This document shows, one piece after another, positions 1-8,808 of a stretch of DNA of 30,900 nucleotides. The translations under genes were made by a program, and so were the position numbers. A model generated the notes under the pieces. It made no database searches. It had not been told where the DNA came from and worked only from the letters and a program-made list of their open reading frames with translations. Source of the DNA: a virus (Duplodnaviria > Caudoviricetes); IMG/VR virus record IMGVR_UViG_3300037462_000665, positions 1 to 30,900 of that record; one strand, written 5' to 3'. Positions within the stretch are counted from its first letter, which is position 1. Each line of letters begins with the position of its first letter.

Positions 1-19
1 CCTCGGATGACGCCGCCAG

Positions 20-71
20 TGCGCGCATACACGATAACGGGGGGATTTTTACACGATAACCTGCGGAGACG
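20..71 (+). repeat. Putative phage terminus: TG-starting 8-mer followed by tandem transposase-binding repeats
   Basis: TGCGCGCA at 20-27, then TACACGATAAC at 28-38 and 50-60 (22-bp period), just beyond the last late gene. Confidence 0.55.
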
Positions 72-90
72 AAAAAAGGGCTACCAAACA

Positions 91-136
91 AAAAGTCGCC
101 ATCAGTTGACTTTTATTTTTGAAAATGGCTTTTCAA
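91..136. terminator. Two short inverted repeats after the last gene (terminator or protein-binding sites)
   Basis: AAAAGTC-N10-GACTTTT (91-114) and TTGAAAA-TGGC-TTTTCAA (119-136) in an AT-rich stretch. Confidence 0.35.
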
Positions 137-152
137 GGTCTCCTTTTTATTT

Positions 153-749
153 TCACCAGGCGCGCAGCGCCGCCCGATAGTGCGTTTCGTACGCTTCACC
201 GGCCCATTCACGGGCCGCGCTGAAAAACTCCCTCGACGCCGCAGCGAAGGCGGGATTCGATGATATTGCCCCCGGCTGAACCTTTTCATAGGCGAACACC
301 GGCGCATAAACGAATCTCAGACCGGCGCGCATCATCCCCAACCAAAACCACGATCCCTGCCGACAAGAGCGTGATTCGTCCCAGCGCAGTCCAGCGCGAC
401 TCAGGGACTCAACCCTCGCGGCCCAACACCAGGGCGTAACGCCGCGAAAAAGGGCCTCAATCGGATCGGCTCCGAGCCGCACCTCGTCGCCGTACCTCAA
501 ATAGTCCCAATAAACGACATCCGCATCCGGCGGCGGCTCAACATACCGCAGGCACACATCGTCATCGTCGCCGTAGCGCAAAAATTCGGCGCCCCGGCGG
601 GTCGCCTCATCGAGCAGCCAGTTCCGCGCCGCTTGCGGACCTTCGCCCGCATCCAGCCGGACAACAACCTCATGCCTCCGATTTGCCGACGCGACGGCGC
701 GTTCCAGCGTGGAGCGCCCCATGCTCGGGATTGCATAGACGAACATCAC
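153..749 (-). CDS. GT-A fold (family 2-like) glycosyltransferase
   Basis: N-terminal YAIPSMGRSTLERAVAS, GPQAARN and FLRYGDDDD (DxD) motifs typical of GT2; GTGA overlap with the upstream gene. Confidence 0.8.
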   Translation of the reverse strand: MMFVYAIPSMGRSTLERAVASANRRHEVVVRLDAGEGPQAARNWLLDEATRRGAEFLRYGDDDDVCLRYVEPPPDADVVYWDYLRYGDEVRLGADPIEALFRGVTPWCWAARVESLSRAGLRWDESRSCRQGSWFWLGMMRAGLRFVYAPVFAYEKVQPGAISSNPAFAAASREFFSAAREWAGEAYETHYRAALRAW

Positions 750-1405
750 GATCCTCCTCCGAAACTTGGCAGATTGAATACGACGGTCGGGCCGCGAAAT
801 CCATCGCCAGTGATCGCCCGCACCTGATACGTGCCGCCCTCGGAAAACGTAAAAATCACCGGATTGTCAAAGCTCGGCACCGTCTGCCCGCCGCTGAAAG
901 AGCCTTCCGGCCCGAATTGAATCGCGAGCGTGCTCTGACCGGCGTACAGCACTGTAAAAGTGCACTGCCCTTGAACGGATTCGCTGATTTCGATCCGGGA
1001 AATCTGCGGTATGAAAAATTCCGTCTCTGAACCGCCGCCACCGCCGCCGCCGCCGCCGCCGCCACCGCCGCCCTCATCCAATATCCAATCAGTACCGTCG
1101 TAATAGCGGACTCCGCCAGTGGGAATCATCCGAGCTTGCATCCCCGGCACAGGACCATAAAAACGCCATACGCCGTCGAGCCGATAGGCGACGTTCTTGT
1201 CCTGCGAGAGCCAATCTCCAGTTCCGGCAGGCGCGACAATATAGCAGTCGCCGTCAATCGCGGTTTCCGGCGGCGAGGATTGATAACCTTTGACGCCCAA
1301 ATGGAACAGGGCGTCGAAATATCTCGCCCGATCATTGTAGGGGAGGTGCCAAAACCGCTCGCCAAAAGCGATTTCAGGCATGTGGTGACGGGGCAGACTT
1401 CTCAT
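746..1405 (-). CDS. DUF2793-like tail fibre/adsorption protein with Gly14 linker and C-terminal beta-rich domain
   Basis: SPPETAIDGDCYIVAPAGTGDW and GVWRFYGPVPGM match the DUF2793 pattern; start moved to ATG 1405 after GGAG. Confidence 0.75.
   Translation of the reverse strand: MRSLPRHHMPEIAFGERFWHLPYNDRARYFDALFHLGVKGYQSSPPETAIDGDCYIVAPAGTGDWLSQDKNVAYRLDGVWRFYGPVPGMQARMIPTGGVRYYDGTDWILDEGGGGGGGGGGGGGGSETEFFIPQISRIEISESVQGQCTFTVLYAGQSTLAIQFGPEGSFSGGQTVPSFDNPVIFTFSEGGTYQVRAITGDGFRGPTVVFNLPSFGGGS
1031..1072 (-). repeat. GGC/GGT trinucleotide run encoding 14 Gly
   Basis: Direct reading of the sequence. Confidence 0.95.
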
Positions 1406-1409
1406 CGCG

Positions 1410-2012
1410 CTATGCTCCAAACGGCGAATTTACACCGCCGCCAAAACCGGCGCTGAACGAAAAAGTCCGCACCGGCACGCTCCAATCAAAATTGTCGAAC
1501 GAGGTCTGACGCCACTCAGCGTCGCCGTCGAACTTGCATAGGACCAGCGTATCAGTGCGGTAGTCGCGCAGGTAAAACGACAGGGCCGGGTGATGCCAGG
1601 CGTGAAAATCGGCCAGAGCGGAAATCTCTTCCGCCGTCGCATTGTTTCCCGATAAGCCGAATCTCAAATACGCCCCGCTGCCGGGCGCGGCCACCCGCCC
1701 GCCGCCTTGCAGGGCATTTACGCGCGACTCCTTCGCCGCGGCGCTGGCCGTCCCGTACGACGGCACGAGCGGAAACAAGCCAACCACCTCAATTTCGACA
1801 TCAACCTGCTGTCCGCCTGCAATATTGACCACCCGCAACGTATCGGCGCCAGTGCGGTTCGGCGACGAATAGACGGCGGTCTCATTGCCGTCGTCGGTGA
1901 TCGTGCCATGGCCGCGCGCCAGGGACCAGCCGGTCGGCGCAGCGGGCGAGACGACGAACTCCTGCGTCTCGCCGCCAATCAGTGCGATTGTTCCGTTCGG
2001 TGTTAATTCCAT
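1410..2012 (-). CDS. Distal tail (Dit/gpM-like) protein with N-terminal Ig-like domain
   Basis: C-half F.L..NN.T.EEI.AL.DF...H.PALSFYL.D...L.KFD pattern resembles gpM/DUF2460; N-half is beta-rich (WSL..G.GTI...G..AVYSSP). Confidence 0.6.
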   Translation of the reverse strand: MELTPNGTIALIGGETQEFVVSPAAPTGWSLARGHGTITDDGNETAVYSSPNRTGADTLRVVNIAGGQQVDVEIEVVGLFPLVPSYGTASAAAKESRVNALQGGGRVAAPGSGAYLRFGLSGNNATAEEISALADFHAWHHPALSFYLRDYRTDTLVLCKFDGDAEWRQTSFDNFDWSVPVRTFSFSAGFGGGVNSPFGA

Positions 2013-2013
2013 G

Positions 2014-3858
2014 CTAACTCAACAGTGGCTGCTCAATCGTGGCCGTGCCATCGCCAATGACGCGCGGCTGGCCCGGCAGGTGACGATACTCCGTCCGCAC
2101 AAACACATCATAAATCCCAAATCCGACTGCCGGATTTCCACCCGCTCCGTCCAGCACCGCCCCCTGGTCGGCGGCCGTCAGGTGGCTAATTTGCCCCAAG
2201 GCCAGTCCATCCTCGAAATCAGGATGATCGATATAAACGACAATCGCAATCGAGGGAGAGATAGGGATCGGGAACGTCGGGACGTGAATTTGGAACTGAC
2301 AGGTGACGGGGCCCGGCAGCCCGATCAACGCCCCGGAAGCTTCATACGAAAACGCCACGAGATCGCCGGCCGGCAAATCCAAGATCGCCGCGCCGGAAAA
2401 GCCCAACGCCTCGGCGAATGGCGAGACGGCGCGCGGGGGCCCAGACCACACGTTGCGGACGGCATAGTGATACCGCTCCGAGGGCCGCAGACCGGTGTCG
2501 TCATACGTCGTCGCGTCACCGGCGAGGCTCGCGATCCGTCGCCCATTGCGCCAGACCTCGACGCCGGTGTTGTTCATGGCGACGCGCTCCCAATTGAGCG
2601 TTGCGCCCGAACCTGCCACAGGCGCAACCGTCAGGTTTCGGGGCGCCAACCAACCCGCGCTTTCAACTGACACCTCATCGTAGGCGTCGCTGTACGCATC
2701 CGGGTTCCACGGCGCGCAGAGCATCGAGATCGCGTTTTCCTCCTTACTCCATTCCGCCACCTCGCACAACTGCCGCTCGACTTGGAGCGGCGCAAACGAG
2801 ACTTCAACCAGATCGCCGCGCGCCACATGCAGACCTTCGCCAGTGACGGAGAATTGATAGCCGACGGTCGCTTGCGCCTGCTGCAAACGGGCATTAAGGA
2901 TGCGATTCGCCTGCCCCAGTGGCAGGACTCCCAGTGCGGGCGACTGCTCCTCGATCACGGCGTCCGCCTCCAGCAGCAATTGCGACTGCTCAACGTAGAT
3001 ATTTTTTTCTCCCGCTTCCACGCCGTACTCTCGGAACGTCGTGGCAATCGTGTTCGGGGTCTGGTTTCGTAACTTGACGCGCCGAAAGCTCCCCTGCAAA
3101 ACATTTGCGCCCGTATCATCGAAGTAAAAATGCTTTGTCGCGGCGTCCCGGTTCGGCAGCAGCCAGCGAATCTTGCTCCCGTCATCCTGCCACGAGGTTG
3201 CGGATGTGTAGGCGATATAGTCGAGAGCCGCCGCCAAATCCAGCCGGTCAAATACCGGGTTTGAGCGGAATCGCGGATTCCCGTTCGCCAGCGTTTCGGC
3301 CGCCCAATCGCGAAAGGCGAGCAAGCTCGGCCAGTCCACGCGCTCACGCCAATAATCAGGCTCTTCCGGATACGACAGGTATCGCCGGAGCAGATCGGCG
3401 GCATGCAGCGCCGGATTTTCGCCGTAGGCGAAGCTGCCCGACAGATCGTCGCCGTCTTCATCGTAGTCCCATACCTTCAGCCCTCTGAACAACCCGATCA
3501 ACTTCCCCGGTGTGTTGTCCACTTTGATTGTGGTTTCGGGGATTCGCGCCTCGACATATGCTACTTCGCTGAAGTTGAACGGCACGTCATCGGGAAAAAA
3601 TTCCGGTGGCGTCTGCACTGGATCAGAAAGGCTTGAGGCGCGCTTGCCGGGACGGAATCGCCAGTCGGCGGACGGCAGCGTCAAGCCGGCATAGGTCAAA
3701 TCCAAACATGCATCCCACTCCCCCACGCCGAGCAAATGGAGCACGAAATAATTACCGTCCTCAAACCGCTTCAGCACGAATTGCCCGGTTGCATAGTGCC
3801 TGCCGTAGGCCACCGGTAATCGTCCGCGAAACTGGTCCTTGCCGACCTGCACAGCCAT
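2014..3858 (-). CDS. Tail tip/hub protein (gpJ-like) with fibronectin type III domain
   Basis: LPVAYG start, FRGLKV, ENPALHAADLL, GDLVEV motifs; FN3 signature APRNLTV..LNW..YDDTGLRPSERYHYAVR. Confidence 0.8.
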   Translation of the reverse strand: MAVQVGKDQFRGRLPVAYGRHYATGQFVLKRFEDGNYFVLHLLGVGEWDACLDLTYAGLTLPSADWRFRPGKRASSLSDPVQTPPEFFPDDVPFNFSEVAYVEARIPETTIKVDNTPGKLIGLFRGLKVWDYDEDGDDLSGSFAYGENPALHAADLLRRYLSYPEEPDYWRERVDWPSLLAFRDWAAETLANGNPRFRSNPVFDRLDLAAALDYIAYTSATSWQDDGSKIRWLLPNRDAATKHFYFDDTGANVLQGSFRRVKLRNQTPNTIATTFREYGVEAGEKNIYVEQSQLLLEADAVIEEQSPALGVLPLGQANRILNARLQQAQATVGYQFSVTGEGLHVARGDLVEVSFAPLQVERQLCEVAEWSKEENAISMLCAPWNPDAYSDAYDEVSVESAGWLAPRNLTVAPVAGSGATLNWERVAMNNTGVEVWRNGRRIASLAGDATTYDDTGLRPSERYHYAVRNVWSGPPRAVSPFAEALGFSGAAILDLPAGDLVAFSYEASGALIGLPGPVTCQFQIHVPTFPIPISPSIAIVVYIDHPDFEDGLALGQISHLTAADQGAVLDGAGGNPAVGFGIYDVFVRTEYRHLPGQPRVIGDGTATIEQPLLS

Positions 3859-4580
3859 CAGAGAGCCACCAAATCCAGCGATGGTTGAACGCGCTGCACG
3901 CCGCCACCGCCGAGCGTCGTGCCTCTCACCTCGTCATTTTGCACGGCGGCCGGAACGCCGCCGCCATCTTGCGGCGCGCTCCCGCCGACTTCGGGAGTGT
4001 ACACGGCGCCGCCAAATCGGTGCGTATTCTCGCGCCCTTCGCACCCGCCGCCGCCGAGCAGACGCTTATTGCACGCCGGTAGAGCGCCCGTATATCCGCA
4101 TTCCGCTCCCTTGTAGGGCCACCCGCACCTGAGCGAAATCACGCGTCCGACCACGCCGCGCCGCGCCGACAGATCGGAGATCACTTCCATCTCGATTTCG
4201 GAATCCGCTTCCGCCACATCGCCAATCTCGCCCCTGAGCAGCGTCAGGTGATCAATCAAAATCAATCGTTCATCAAACCAGGCCTCCCCAATGGTAACGG
4301 GTACGCGCTGAAAGTTGCGCTGCAAGCGAAATATTTGCTGGCTCAACGCCAAATCGGCATTGGCGAGCGTCACGGCCGCGCGGTCGGCCGCGCGCCCTTG
4401 CGACGCCCGGATCGCTCCCACCTTTACGATTCGCCCCTCCCATTCCTGGCCACCGAACCAAATCGTCTCACCCGCGAAAAATCGGACGCCATCAGGAAAC
4501 GCCACGCGCGCCGTAGCGACCGCATAGCCGCCCCCGTCGCGCAGCAATCGTGCCAATTCAGTTGAAATCGTGCGCGGCAT
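3858..4580 (-). CDS. Minor tail protein (lambda gpL/DUF2163-like, four-Cys C-terminus)
   Basis: C.W.YKG.ECGY...CNK......C...N..RFGG motif; directly after the tape measure gene. Confidence 0.8.
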   Translation of the reverse strand: MPRTISTELARLLRDGGGYAVATARVAFPDGVRFFAGETIWFGGQEWEGRIVKVGAIRASQGRAADRAAVTLANADLALSQQIFRLQRNFQRVPVTIGEAWFDERLILIDHLTLLRGEIGDVAEADSEIEMEVISDLSARRGVVGRVISLRCGWPYKGAECGYTGALPACNKRLLGGGGCEGRENTHRFGGAVYTPEVGGSAPQDGGGVPAAVQNDEVRGTTLGGGGVQRVQPSLDLVAL

Positions 4581-7500
4581 CAGCCTTTCCTCACATTCGC
4601 CTGGACGGCGGCGGTCACGGCGCGCCCGCCGCGCTCCGTGCGAACGCCCTTCACCACGACCTCGGACGGCTCAACATTGCATTGCAAATAGACGTTGACG
4701 GTGATGGGTTCCGCACCGGACGCCGCAGGCGCGGACGGCTGCGCAATCAACCCCCCATCGGCGAAACCAGGCACGCCTGCGCGCCGCATCGCCGGAGCGC
4801 CACCCAACGCGGCAATCTGCGGCGGATTGAGCACCGCTTCATTGCCCGATAGCCGCACGAGTCCGCCCGGCGCGAGGCCGAGCAGGTCGTCGGCGGGCCA
4901 TCCGCGTCCGCCGCGCAGCAACCCCCGGAACGGCGACATGCTGCCACCCTCGCCAAATCGCGGGAATCGCATCACGGCATCAATCAGGCCGCCATTCGCG
5001 AATTCCGTCGCGCTCTGCAAGACCGTGAATCGCTCCTGCTCGGCTTTCCGTTTGCCCGCCTCCGCTTTGATCGTGTCGAGCAGTTTTTTGAGATCAGGGA
5101 TGTAGTCCCTGAAAGCGTTTTCGCGAACCTTGCGGGTCTTAATTGCCGAAAACGCTTTTTCCGCTTCATCGAACACTTGCCTGGACTGCGCAATCGCCGA
5201 ATCGCCGTCGAGTTGCCGCGATCTCAATTGCGCCAGTATCTCATCGAGGCGTTTGGTGGCATCAATTTGGATATTGTTGCGCGACTTCTCATCGGCTTTT
5301 CGCTGCCGGGCGCGCCCAAAGAGAAATCCGCCTGCGAGCAAACCGACGCCGGCCACCGCCGTGAACGGATTGCTTAAGAGCCCGGCGACCGCGCCGCTTC
5401 CGAGCAATCCCGCCGAGGCCGCGCCGAATCCACCCAACGCCAATCCGCCGAATTGCCCCAGCGTGCCGCCGATCCGCTGACCAATCGCCCCGCCAAGCAA
5501 GGGAGCGAGTCCGCCGACAACACCGCCGAAGCCGCCCAACGCGCCCGCCGCACCGCCGGCGCCGGGCAACGCGGACACGTCAAATCCGGCGCGACTGAGC
5601 GCCGCGAAATCAAATCCGCCGCGCGAAGCACCGCCCCCAAACAGTCCGCCAAGCAGTCCGCCGCGCGAACCGCCCCCGCCGCCAAAAATCCCGCTCAACA
5701 ATCCCGCCTGCTGCGTCTGCTGCGTCAGCGTGCCGCCGCCGCCCAAATTGATTTGTCCGCCTGCGAAGCCCGGCACGCTGAATCCGCCGCCCTGTCCGCC
5801 GCCGCCGAACAATCCGCGAAACAATGCGCCAATCCCGCCGCCGCCCGTCGCCGCGCCCGGCGCGCCGGGCTGTCCGCCTCCGCGCCCGAACAATTGGTTG
5901 ATCGCCTGTGAAAGAGAGCCTGTCAAAAGCTCTTTCGCTAATCCCTTGAATATGGAGAGCGCGCCCTGACCCAAACTCTTCAACGCCGCCATCGGACGGA
6001 GATTCAACGCCTCATCCATTGCGTCGCCCAAAATCCGATTGATGGATTCGGCCATTTGATTGGCGCGGCGGTCGTTTTCGCCCTTAACCTCTGGCGGAAT
6101 CACGAGTCGCTTCCGCCATTCCGCTTGGCTGGTCGCATCAAATCCGGCGTTGGCTTTCTCAAGCGAGCGACCGATTTCGAGATTGCGCAATCCCGCTTGC
6201 GCCGCGTCAAACGCCGCCGCACCGCGCGTCAGGCCCGATTCATTCAGTCCGCCGGAAATGCGCGAGTCGGACGCCGCGATTTGGTCAGGGCGGCGTTCCG
6301 AATCAATCCGCTCAAAAACTCTTTGCTGAATGTCGAGCGTGCGCCGGGCCTCATCGTTCGCCGCCAACTTCGGATCGTAGAAAGGATCGCGCAAATCTCC
6401 CGTGTATCGCTTGGAATGGGGAATGCGCGCCTCTTCATCCGCAATTCGCTTCAGCGAAGCCGCCGCCGCTTCAGCTTGCGATTTAAGCCGCTCAATCTCT
6501 TGACTGGCGGCGGTCGTGGACGCCGCGCTTTGATCGGCGGCCGCTTTTTGTTTTTGCAACGACTCCTCGGCCGCACGCAGCATAAATTCCATAGAGCGTT
6601 CGGGCTGTTTGTAACCGGCGCCTGGAAACGATGCGTACGTTTTTCGCGATGCGAAAAATCCACCCTTGAAATCCCCTTTTAATACGTTGTCCAAACCGCC
6701 ATCTTTGAATAATAAATACGCCGCCATAGCGTCCTGGGTTTTTGGGTCGAACCCAGTCAAGCCGGTTTGACGTGAAACATCATTGTAGGTGCCAATTTGA
6801 ATTTGGTAGCGTCCGCTCGCGCTCTGTGTCCTCCCTTGGTATTTGGCCCCGGCAAACCCTGGATGCTTGGAATAATCAAAAAATTGTCCCCCGCCGAAGA
6901 GGGTATTGTATCCGCTGTTTGCTCGTTGGGCTGTTGATTCCGCTTTCGCCGTCGCATCCAAGAAACTCCGGACGTTCGGCACATCCACCAGATCGCGGAG
7001 CAGTTTTTGCACGCCTTCCTTGTCGCCGTTCTTCAGTCCGAGCTTCAGCCCCTCAATTATGTCATCGCCAATTTCGGCAAAAACTTTTGATGGCGAGTTC
7101 CGACCCAGCTTGCGGTTCGTCGCTTGGATGAACTCTTCCAAGACGCCGACAATTGCACTTTTGACCTTTTCGGTTCCACCAACTACCCCATTGAAAAATC
7201 CATCCATGACGTCGGCGCCAACGTCCATGAACTTCGCAACGTAGGCGCCAGACGGGAGCGAATTGACAATCTCATCAATTGACGTAATTGCGATCTCAGT
7301 AGTTTTGCCGACGGCATTCAAGATTGCCGTCCCGCCCGGGCCATCCACTGCGGCTTGCGCTTTGTCCAGCGTGCCGAGAAAAGTCCCGTAGCCCTGCTGC
7401 GTCGCCGCACCCAACTTTTGATTGATACTGTCCTTTATATTGGAGGACTTGCCTTCGATGGTTTCGCGCGCGATGCGCTGGCTCAACCCGGCGTAACGCT

Positions 7501-8443
7501 TCTCAAACCCGGCGATGAGGGCATTCGCCGCCTGCTCGCCGGAGATGCGACCATCTTCAATCAGTTTGCGCAACTCGCTTTGCCCGATGCCCGACACATC
7601 CGACAGTATCTGGATTGCGGGAATTCCCACATCCCGCAATTGGTTGAGTTCCTCAGTGCTTAGCTTCGCACTTGCCTGGATCTGCCCCAACGCCCGCACG
7701 ACCGAGCCAAGCCGTTCGGGAAGGGACTTTGACGGGTCGCCCGCCGCCGCCGCATCGCCCAACGCTTTTAACTTGGGAATGAGCCCATCCACCTTCACGC
7801 CGTAATTGATCAACTGCTGTCCGGCGGAAATGACTTCCGGCAGTTCAAACGGCGTGGAGACTGAGAATTTTTTCAAATCGTCGAGAGCCTTCGCCGCCTT
7901 CTCCTGACTGCCCAGGAGGACTTCAAATGCGATGCGCGATTTCGTCGAGAACTCATTGAAATTGATACCGGCCGTGACCGCCGCCTGTCCGAGATCAAGC
8001 AGTTTCCCAATCCCGGCCGTGAGGATGTTTCCGCCCGCCGTCCCCAGCGCGCCCACGCCCACCGAGAACCCGCGCCCGGCGGACGACAGGGCGTTGCCGA
8101 GCGTCCCGACCTTTTTTTCAATCCGATCCAGGCTCGCTTCCGCCGCCCGCGTATTGAGTCCCAGCGGTCGCGCCGCCGCCGCCGCGACCCGCTGAAACGC
8201 CGTCTCGCCTGCGCGCTGAATCCGCCCGAACAATCCGCCCGCCGTGGTCGCCGACTGCGTCAGCGCCCGATCCGCGGCCGCCAAACGCGCCCGCTGACTC
8301 GCCGCCATCGCCGAGTCCGACCGCGCGAAAGCCCTTTCAATTTCGCGCGCGGCGCGGTCTGAGAGCGAGACGATCCGGCGCGAACCGGTGTCAAAGTCCC
8401 CTTCGGTCAGACCAATTTTGATTTCAAGATCGGCAGTGCTCAT
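4580..8443 (-). CDS. Tape measure protein with internal lambda-R-like (GH104) lytic domain
   Basis: 1287 aa, Ala/Gly-rich; FEVLLGS..KA...L..FSVSTPFEL tape-measure motif; SPSKVF motif; muralytic motifs at about 6580-6980. Confidence 0.92.
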   Translation of the reverse strand: MSTADLEIKIGLTEGDFDTGSRRIVSLSDRAAREIERAFARSDSAMAASQRARLAAADRALTQSATTAGGLFGRIQRAGETAFQRVAAAAARPLGLNTRAAEASLDRIEKKVGTLGNALSSAGRGFSVGVGALGTAGGNILTAGIGKLLDLGQAAVTAGINFNEFSTKSRIAFEVLLGSQEKAAKALDDLKKFSVSTPFELPEVISAGQQLINYGVKVDGLIPKLKALGDAAAAGDPSKSLPERLGSVVRALGQIQASAKLSTEELNQLRDVGIPAIQILSDVSGIGQSELRKLIEDGRISGEQAANALIAGFEKRYAGLSQRIARETIEGKSSNIKDSINQKLGAATQQGYGTFLGTLDKAQAAVDGPGGTAILNAVGKTTEIAITSIDEIVNSLPSGAYVAKFMDVGADVMDGFFNGVVGGTEKVKSAIVGVLEEFIQATNRKLGRNSPSKVFAEIGDDIIEGLKLGLKNGDKEGVQKLLRDLVDVPNVRSFLDATAKAESTAQRANSGYNTLFGGGQFFDYSKHPGFAGAKYQGRTQSASGRYQIQIGTYNDVSRQTGLTGFDPKTQDAMAAYLLFKDGGLDNVLKGDFKGGFFASRKTYASFPGAGYKQPERSMEFMLRAAEESLQKQKAAADQSAASTTAASQEIERLKSQAEAAAASLKRIADEEARIPHSKRYTGDLRDPFYDPKLAANDEARRTLDIQQRVFERIDSERRPDQIAASDSRISGGLNESGLTRGAAAFDAAQAGLRNLEIGRSLEKANAGFDATSQAEWRKRLVIPPEVKGENDRRANQMAESINRILGDAMDEALNLRPMAALKSLGQGALSIFKGLAKELLTGSLSQAINQLFGRGGGQPGAPGAATGGGGIGALFRGLFGGGGQGGGFSVPGFAGGQINLGGGGTLTQQTQQAGLLSGIFGGGGGSRGGLLGGLFGGGASRGGFDFAALSRAGFDVSALPGAGGAAGALGGFGGVVGGLAPLLGGAIGQRIGGTLGQFGGLALGGFGAASAGLLGSGAVAGLLSNPFTAVAGVGLLAGGFLFGRARQRKADEKSRNNIQIDATKRLDEILAQLRSRQLDGDSAIAQSRQVFDEAEKAFSAIKTRKVRENAFRDYIPDLKKLLDTIKAEAGKRKAEQERFTVLQSATEFANGGLIDAVMRFPRFGEGGSMSPFRGLLRGGRGWPADDLLGLAPGGLVRLSGNEAVLNPPQIAALGGAPAMRRAGVPGFADGGLIAQPSAPAASGAEPITVNVYLQCNVEPSEVVVKGVRTERGGRAVTAAVQANVRKG

Positions 8444-8808
8444 TGTTTTGTTTGCGCTTCCGCGCGCTTCCGCGCCCGCCGCCGCACCTCATCCATCGCC
8501 CGTCCGTAGGCTTTCAGGCTCGCCCATTCCGCCGCCGTCAACCCATCCGGGTATTGAAACGTCGCCCCGCATCGCCGCAGTTCGTCGAGATCCATCGCCC
8601 GGTCCATCCATGTGCGAAGCTCCGGCGGCGCCGGCTCTTTCGTTCCGAGCATGGGGCAACTGCCGCACACTCGCTGAATGTCCGCGCGCTCAGTCGCCCT
8701 CCGCTTGACCAGGCGTTCGCAGGCGGCTTCGCCGGGGCAGCGCCGCCCGTCCGCCTGCGCGAGCGAATCGAGTTCGGTCGTCAGGCGTTCGGTCAGCGCG
8801 GCGGTCAG
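8440..8808 (-). CDS. Tail assembly chaperone downstream ORF (gpT-like); start uncertain
   Basis: The frame of the 76-aa ORF is open upstream past the chaperone stop codon (LTAALTERLTTELDSL..CPGEAAC..CGSC); lies just before the tape measure gene. Confidence 0.65.
   Translation of the reverse strand: MTAALTERLTTELDSLAQADGRRCPGEAACERLVKRRATERADIQRVCGSCPMLGTKEPAPPELRTWMDRAMDLDELRRCGATFQYPDGLTAAEWASLKAYGRAMDEVRRRARKRAEAQTKQ

Noticed and set aside
5300-5900. GGC-rich quasi-repeats in the tape measure gene
   Set aside because: Explained by Gly-rich hydrophobic protein sequence, common in tape measure proteins
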